Positions 59,462 through 64,000 of a stretch of DNA of 64,000 bases are shown one piece after another; the stretch's first letter is position 1; the number at the start of each line of letters is the position of its first letter. The DNA comes from Candidatus Adlerbacteria bacterium. Its GTDB lineage: Bacteria > Patescibacteriota > Minisyncoccia > Phycocordibacterales > SBAW01. Location of the stretch: the NCBI GenBank assembly GCA_028286685.1, contig JAQBRA010000002.1, positions 65,073 through 129,072 on the forward strand. Direction: 5' to 3'. Made by a program: the position numbers and the translations under genes. The notes under the pieces are model-generated. The model saw nothing but the letters and a program-made list of their open reading frames with translations. It was not told the DNA's origin and did not search any database.

Positions 59462-60913
59462 TTACTTGGAGAGATCCAGGACTTCGTCGATGCGGATCTT
59501 TTCGATAAAGTCCGGCACGTGCGAGACGACTATCATGGGGCCCTCGTAGGCGGAGAGCGCCTCGGCAATTATGGGCAAATGGCGGAAGTTGATGTGGTTG
59601 GTAGGCTCGTCGAGTATCAAAAGACCGGGCTTCAAGAGGACCAGGCGCGCGAACGCGACCAGACCCTTCTGCCCTTCCGAGAGCGTGCCGATTTTTGAGT
59701 GGAATATCTCGCCCGAGATAAGAAACCCGGCTGCCACGCGACGCACCTCTTCCTCTATCGGGCGACTCAGCACTGCGGAAAGTTCCTGATAAACCGTCTT
59801 ATCAAAGTCGAGGTTGGAGAAGTCCTGTCGGTAATACCCCAGGCGCACGCCCGGGAGCAGCGTGGCGCCTTTTGCCGTGCCGTCCGCCAAAGATTGCAAC
59901 AGTGTCGACTTGCCGATGCCGTTGGGGCCCGCCAAGAGGAGGTGGAAATTGCGGCGCAGCGAAGCTTTCATTTTGCGCTCAACCGGCTTATGGTTTTTTA
60001 TAACCAAAAGCGAAGAAATGGTGAGTATCTCCCCCACCAGGTTCTCCTGGAACGGGATACGGAAGGAGCGTATGGCCTTGTCCTCTTTGCGGACATCAAC
60101 CTTGGACTCCTCGAGCTCCTCGGCCTTCTCCCTCATGCGCTTGGCGACCATGCGCATCTGGCCGCCTTTGTTGGCAAAGAAGTTGGCCTTGTCCTTGTTC
60201 TCCTGGATTTCCTTGGCCAAGAGCGCGTTCTTGCGGTTTTCTTTCTCGATGCGCACGGAGATCTCTTGGAGCACGTCGTCATAGTTGCCCACATACTGCT
60301 CTACCTTGCGGGTGCGCACGTCCAGGTAGAGGACGCCCTGGGTAAAGGAGTTGAGGAATTCGGCATCGTGCGAAATGACGATTACCGTTTTCTTGTAGTC
60401 GATGAGGAACTTCGTGAGGTGCTCGATGCCGTCGTGGTCGAGATTGTTGGTGGGCTCGTCCAAAAGGAGGAGATCCGGATTCTGTATGAGGGCCGAAGCA
60501 AGCAGCAGGCGCGCCTGCTGTCCGCCGGAAAATGCGCGGATTATCTTATCGTGCGGCGCAACAAGGTTCACCACCTCGAGCACCGCATCGATCTTAGGGT
60601 CAATATCGTATACAACCTTGGGAAATACTTTCTGGAAAAATTCGCGCACCGTGAGGTCGAGCTGGTCGCGCGGTATGACCTGCCGGCTTATAGCGATCGA
60701 GAGCCCGCTTTGGATATGGATGATGCCCTCGGTGGGCTCGCCCGTACCAGTAACTAGCCCGAAGATGGTGCTCTTGCCCGCGCCATTCTGGCCCATGAGC
60801 GTAATCTTGGAACCTTTGCGTATGGAAAAATCAACCTCTTCCAAGATAGGCTTCTTGATGCCGAAGTCGTACGAGACGCCTTCGAACCGGACTATGACCT
60901 CTCCGCGGGTCAT
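59462..60913 (-). CDS. ABC-F family ATPase (two tandem ABC domains, no TM)
   Basis: Two Walker A / signature / Walker B sets separated by a charged linker. Confidence 0.85.
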   Translation of the reverse strand: MTRGEVIVRFEGVSYDFGIKKPILEEVDFSIRKGSKITLMGQNGAGKSTIFGLVTGTGEPTEGIIHIQSGLSIAISRQVIPRDQLDLTVREFFQKVFPKVVYDIDPKIDAVLEVVNLVAPHDKIIRAFSGGQQARLLLASALIQNPDLLLLDEPTNNLDHDGIEHLTKFLIDYKKTVIVISHDAEFLNSFTQGVLYLDVRTRKVEQYVGNYDDVLQEISVRIEKENRKNALLAKEIQENKDKANFFANKGGQMRMVAKRMREKAEELEESKVDVRKEDKAIRSFRIPFQENLVGEILTISSLLVIKNHKPVERKMKASLRRNFHLLLAGPNGIGKSTLLQSLADGTAKGATLLPGVRLGYYRQDFSNLDFDKTVYQELSAVLSRPIEEEVRRVAAGFLISGEIFHSKIGTLSEGQKGLVAFARLVLLKPGLLILDEPTNHINFRHLPIIAEALSAYEGPMIVVSHVPDFIEKIRIDEVLDLSK

Positions 60914-61320
60914 TTGACCGCCTTGCGTGCCGGAGTGTCCCCCAGAGCCGCGACCATGCGGGTAAGCGTATCTATTTTTGCGGTGAGCGCCTGTACCTCG
61001 GAGCGGAGGTCGTCCTGGCGCGGAACGATGCTGCTGCGCACTACCGTGCGCTCGGCATATGCGGGCTTCGATGCGTATTGGCGCGTCGTAGAGCCGCTCT
61101 CTTGGGTTGCAAAGCAGTCGCGGCAGAAGACCGGCTTCTTGCCGTTGGGCTTGAAGGGCACCTCGCAGAACTTCTTGCAGCTGACGCAGGTAGCCTGATG
61201 CATCTCAAGCGGTCCCGACTTATCGCGCTTGGGAGCCCCCTTAAACCCGCCGGCGCGCGGGCCCTTAAAGGGGATAGGATTGTAGGAGCCCTTGCGCGGA
61301 CCCTTCTTAAACTCTTTCAT
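60910..61320 (-). CDS. hypothetical basic zinc-ribbon protein
   Basis: CVSCKKFCEVPF...FCRDCF motifs. Start placed at MKEFKKG. Confidence 0.4.
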   Translation of the reverse strand: MKEFKKGPRKGSYNPIPFKGPRAGGFKGAPKRDKSGPLEMHQATCVSCKKFCEVPFKPNGKKPVFCRDCFATQESGSTTRQYASKPAYAERTVVRSSIVPRQDDLRSEVQALTAKIDTLTRMVAALGDTPARKAVK

Positions 61321-61330
61321 ATACCGAAAT

Positions 61331-61362
61331 ATAACATTGATTTCGGTAAAAATCAATGTTAT
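61331..61362. promoter_or_regulatory. perfect 12-bp inverted repeat ATAACATTGATT-N8-AATCAATGTTAT, 10 nt upstream of the zinc-ribbon gene start
   Basis: Seen in the sequence. It overlaps a second palindrome, CCGAAAT...ATTTCGG. Confidence 0.4.
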
Positions 61363-61523
61363 CGACCTAATGCGCGGCCCCTGAGAGCGCTTACACAGGG
61401 CACTTAGCTAGTTGCCCGTCCCTCCCTTTTTGGGCTTCTTTTTGTCCTTGCGGTATGCGTTGTTTCCTTTTCCCATATGGCTTTATTATAGCTCGTCTAT
61501 TGTCCACTGTTCTTCATTCCTCA

Positions 61524-61538
61524 GCTGCCAGACTTGGA
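61524..61538. repeat. 15-bp direct repeat of the tRNA-Gln 3' end (att-like)
   Basis: GCTGCCAGACTTGGA is identical to 61654-61668. Confidence 0.5.
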
Positions 61539-61654
61539 ACCTCACATCCTGGAAAACCCTCGGTTTTCCCAATCCTTCCTCCACGGGGAACTCCCGTTCC
61601 CCGACCCCTTCCCGGTTCAAATCCAAGTCAGCGCTTCATCACTATGTTCTTTTG

Positions 61655-61725
61655 CTGCCAGACTTGGATTCGAACCAAGATAAACGGATTCAGAGTCCGT
61701 TGTCCTACCATTAGACGATCTGGCA
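61655..61725 (-). tRNA. tRNA-Gln (anticodon CTG)
   Basis: Hand-folded cloverleaf: acceptor TGCCAGA/TCTGGCA, D-arm GTCT-AATGGTA-GGAC, anticodon arm ACGGA-CTCTGAA-TCCGT, T-arm CTTGG-TTCGAAT-CCAAG, discriminator G. CCA is not encoded. Confidence 0.8.
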
Positions 61726-61834
61726 ATACAGCACTACCGGTCTTATACCATTAGTGGACCTGGCAATACCACCGAAAGATATCAGAAAAACGCTATTTTT
61801 CAAGGCTTTCGCGCAACACTCGCCAGGCCTTTGC

Positions 61835-62764
61835 CTAGATTTTCAGATACCGGCGCACTGCCAAGAAGCTGGCGATAGCTCCCAGGAAGACGCCGGTGCC
61901 GACGATTATCCCGAAGAACATAAGGAAGTTCTGGAGGTAGTAGGTGAAGATGTTGACCCCGCCGAAGAACGAAGCGGTAGCCGAGCCCAGCCACCACGTG
62001 AGCGGGTAGAACAGCAGCAGCGTGACAACGCCGGCCACGAGCCCGTAGAGCATGCCCTCTATCATGAAGGGCGCCCGGATAAAGAACTGCCCTGCGCCGA
62101 CGAGCCGCATGACCTGTATCTCCTCGCGGGAGGAGTAGATAGCGAGCCTGAGCGTATTGAACGAAATGGCGATCGTCGTGAGTATGAGTATGGCGATGAC
62201 GATAAGCCCCAGGCGCTGCGCCGAATCGGTAATGTCCTGCAGGCGGTCGAGCGCGACGCGGTACTTGGCGTCGTAGAAGCTTATCTTGTCTATGCTTGCG
62301 GCGGTGCCGGACTCGGTGTCCTGGCTTTCCGCGAACTGCGCTATGGCCTCGTACTGCGCAATATCCTTGGCGCGTATCTGGAGCGAAGCCTCAAGAGGAT
62401 TCTGCCCGAGCTCCTCCAGCGCCTGCAGCGCCAGCTGGTCGTCCTTGTAGCGCTCGCGGAATTGGGCCAAAGCCTCGTCGCGCGATATGTAGCCCACTGA
62501 AGTAACCTCGGGACGCGCCTCAAGCGCCGACTTGAGCGTGAGGATGCGCTCCTCGGGAGTGTCGGTCAGGAAGTAGACGCTGACGTCGACCTTATTGCGC
62601 AGCTCGGCGATGGTGAAGTTGAGCATCACGCCCGCGAATATCGTGAGTCCGACTACAAAGAGGGTTACCGTCATGACCAGGATGGACGCGAAGGAGACGA
62701 AGGCATTGCGCCAGAAGTCGAGGAAGCCGGCGCGGAATATTCTTTTTAAGGTTACCCAGTTCAT
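61835..62764 (-). CDS. ftsX: cell division protein FtsX (permease-like)
   Basis: An N-terminal TM, a periplasmic domain and three C-terminal TM helices. It lies downstream of ftsE. Confidence 0.85.
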   Translation of the reverse strand: MNWVTLKRIFRAGFLDFWRNAFVSFASILVMTVTLFVVGLTIFAGVMLNFTIAELRNKVDVSVYFLTDTPEERILTLKSALEARPEVTSVGYISRDEALAQFRERYKDDQLALQALEELGQNPLEASLQIRAKDIAQYEAIAQFAESQDTESGTAASIDKISFYDAKYRVALDRLQDITDSAQRLGLIVIAILILTTIAISFNTLRLAIYSSREEIQVMRLVGAGQFFIRAPFMIEGMLYGLVAGVVTLLLFYPLTWWLGSATASFFGGVNIFTYYLQNFLMFFGIIVGTGVFLGAIASFLAVRRYLKI

Positions 62765-62779
62765 ATGATAGGTGCGGTT

Positions 62780-63460
62780 TTAGAGTATGTACTTTCCTTC
62801 TCGGTCGTCGCGGATGACCTTGCCGCGATCCATGGTGATAACGCGCTTCTTAAGGCTGTCGATGACGCCCTTGTTGTGGGTGGTAAGTATGATGGTCGTG
62901 CCGAGGTCGTTGATTTTCTTCAAAATCTGCACCACTTCGAAGGTGTTGACCGGGTCGAGGTTACCAGTCGGCTCATCGGCGATGATGACGTCCGGCTGGT
63001 TGACGATGGCGCGGGCTATGGCAACGCGCTGCTGCTCGCCGCCGGAAAGCTCGTCGGGGAAATTGTTCAGCTTGTCGCCGAGGTCCACCAGCTCCAATAC
63101 GTGCGGCACGTCGGAGCGGATATCGGCCTCGGAGCGGCCGGCGGCCTCCATGGCAAAGGCGATGTTCTCGTACGCGGTCTTGTTAGGCAAAAGGCGGAAG
63201 TCCTGGAACACCGTGCCGATCTTGCGGCGCATCTCGCCGATGCGGTGCAGCGGGAGCTCGTGGATATTTATGGACTCGAAGAATACCGAGCCTGCGGAGG
63301 GCCGCTCTTCGGCCAGAAGCATCTTCACCAGCGTGGTCTTGCCCGCGCCGGAGTGCCCTACTATGGAAATAAATTCGCCCGGCTCGACCGAAAAAGACAC
63401 GTCTTCAAGAGCCGTGGAGTTGTCTGCGTATATCTTGGATACGCGGTCGTAATAGATCAT
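62780..63460 (-). CDS. ftsE: cell division ATP-binding protein FtsE
   Basis: [25 protein letters not shown] and [11 protein letters not shown]. Confidence 0.9.
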   Translation of the reverse strand: MIYYDRVSKIYADNSTALEDVSFSVEPGEFISIVGHSGAGKTTLVKMLLAEERPSAGSVFFESINIHELPLHRIGEMRRKIGTVFQDFRLLPNKTAYENIAFAMEAAGRSEADIRSDVPHVLELVDLGDKLNNFPDELSGGEQQRVAIARAIVNQPDVIIADEPTGNLDPVNTFEVVQILKKINDLGTTIILTTHNKGVIDSLKKRVITMDRGKVIRDDREGKYIL

Positions 63461-63511
63461 TGTTCTGAATTAGGGGGTCGTGCGGCCGCAACGGAAAAGA
63501 CCCACCTATTA

Positions 63512-64000
63512 TTATACACCTTTTGTATCCGTGGTGACCAGAAAGGGCTCAATGTCGCCCCCCAATACCCCTTCGGCATCATGGACCTCTACCCCGGTGC
63601 GATGGTCTTTAACGAGCTTGTAGGGATGGAGCACGTAGGAGCGTATCTGGCTGCCCCACTCTATTTTATTCGTCGCAGTCGAGAGATCATCGACGCGCTC
63701 CTTGCGCTCGGCCTCCAGCTGGCGCATGATCTTGGCGCGCAAGATTGCGAGCGCCTTTTCCTTATTCGCGCCCTGCGTGCGCTCGCCGTCTACGTGCGCC
63801 GAGAGGCCCGTCGGGGTGTGGACAATGCGCACGGCAGTCTCGCGCTTATTGACGTTCTGTCCGCCGGGGCCCGAGCTGCGCGCTACGGTAATTTCAAGAT
63901 CCTTCTCATCAAGAGCAATTGCGCCCACTTGATCTATGACCGGCAGGACCTCGACCAGCGCGAAAGAGGTTTGACGCTTCTGGCTGGCATTAAAGGGCGA
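63512..64000 (-). CDS. prfB: peptide chain release factor 2 (partial; N-terminus lies beyond the window end)
   Basis: GGQ motif ([11 protein letters not shown]), and an SPF tripeptide in the in-frame upstream translation that continues to the window edge. The track's M at 63928 is a GTG inside the gene. Confidence 0.8.
   Translation of the reverse strand, partial: SPFNASQKRQTSFALVEVLPVIDQVGAIALDEKDLEITVARSSGPGGQNVNKRETAVRIVHTPTGLSAHVDGERTQGANKEKALAILRAKIMRQLEAERKERVDDLSTATNKIEWGSQIRSYVLHPYKLVKDHRTGVEVHDAEGVLGGDIEPFLVTTDTKGV

Noticed and set aside
61524-61650. Possible second tRNA downstream of tRNA-Gln
   Set aside because: Only the 3'-terminal 15 nt of the tRNA are duplicated. No D-arm, anticodon arm or T-arm can be folded, so I treated it as an att-like repeat plus spacer.

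Overview
This is a bacterial chromosomal segment, high-GC by eye, with about 80% of genes on the minus strand. I could not assign a taxon from sequence alone. Housekeeping content includes a partial lemA, groES-groEL, secG, an Opp/Dpp-type substrate-binding protein, RNase J, a MutY/Nth-like glycosylase, an RRM protein, sortase, a yibEF-zur-zupT zinc operon, a PIF1-like helicase, msrB, lexA, a DEAD-box helicase, cyclophilin, typA, a MacAB/HlyD-type efflux set, an ECF sigma/anti-sigma pair, ABC-F, one tRNA-Gln, ftsEX and a partial prfB. Two stretches are visibly AT-richer and look acquired. The first (~19.6-25.2 kb) carries a Ser/Thr kinase fused to an uncharacterised ~400-aa domain, flanked by a DUF2779 nuclease-fold gene and a small PD-(D/E)xK-like protein; it also contains a DUF2726 nuclease-like gene, an excalibur protein and a ~500-nt ORF-free stretch bracketed by a promoter and a terminator. 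I rank this locus as the best candidate for an undescribed defence-type system. The second (~37.3-47.6 kb) is a 2535-aa RHS/FG-GAP/LamG polymorphic toxin with a glycine-rich C-terminal domain I do not recognise, followed by four small membrane-protein (immunity-like) genes. Other notable signals are a three-member family of near-identical terminator hairpins, a 15-bp direct repeat of the tRNA-Gln 3' end 115 bp from the tRNA, operator-like palindromes at lexA, the yibEF promoter and a zinc-ribbon gene, start codons abutting -10-like hexamers, and lysine/RGG-rich tails on GroES, RNase J and the DEAD-box helicase. I found no CRISPR array, rRNA, transposase or integrase. All calls rest on reading the translations and sequence by eye; no database searches were possible.
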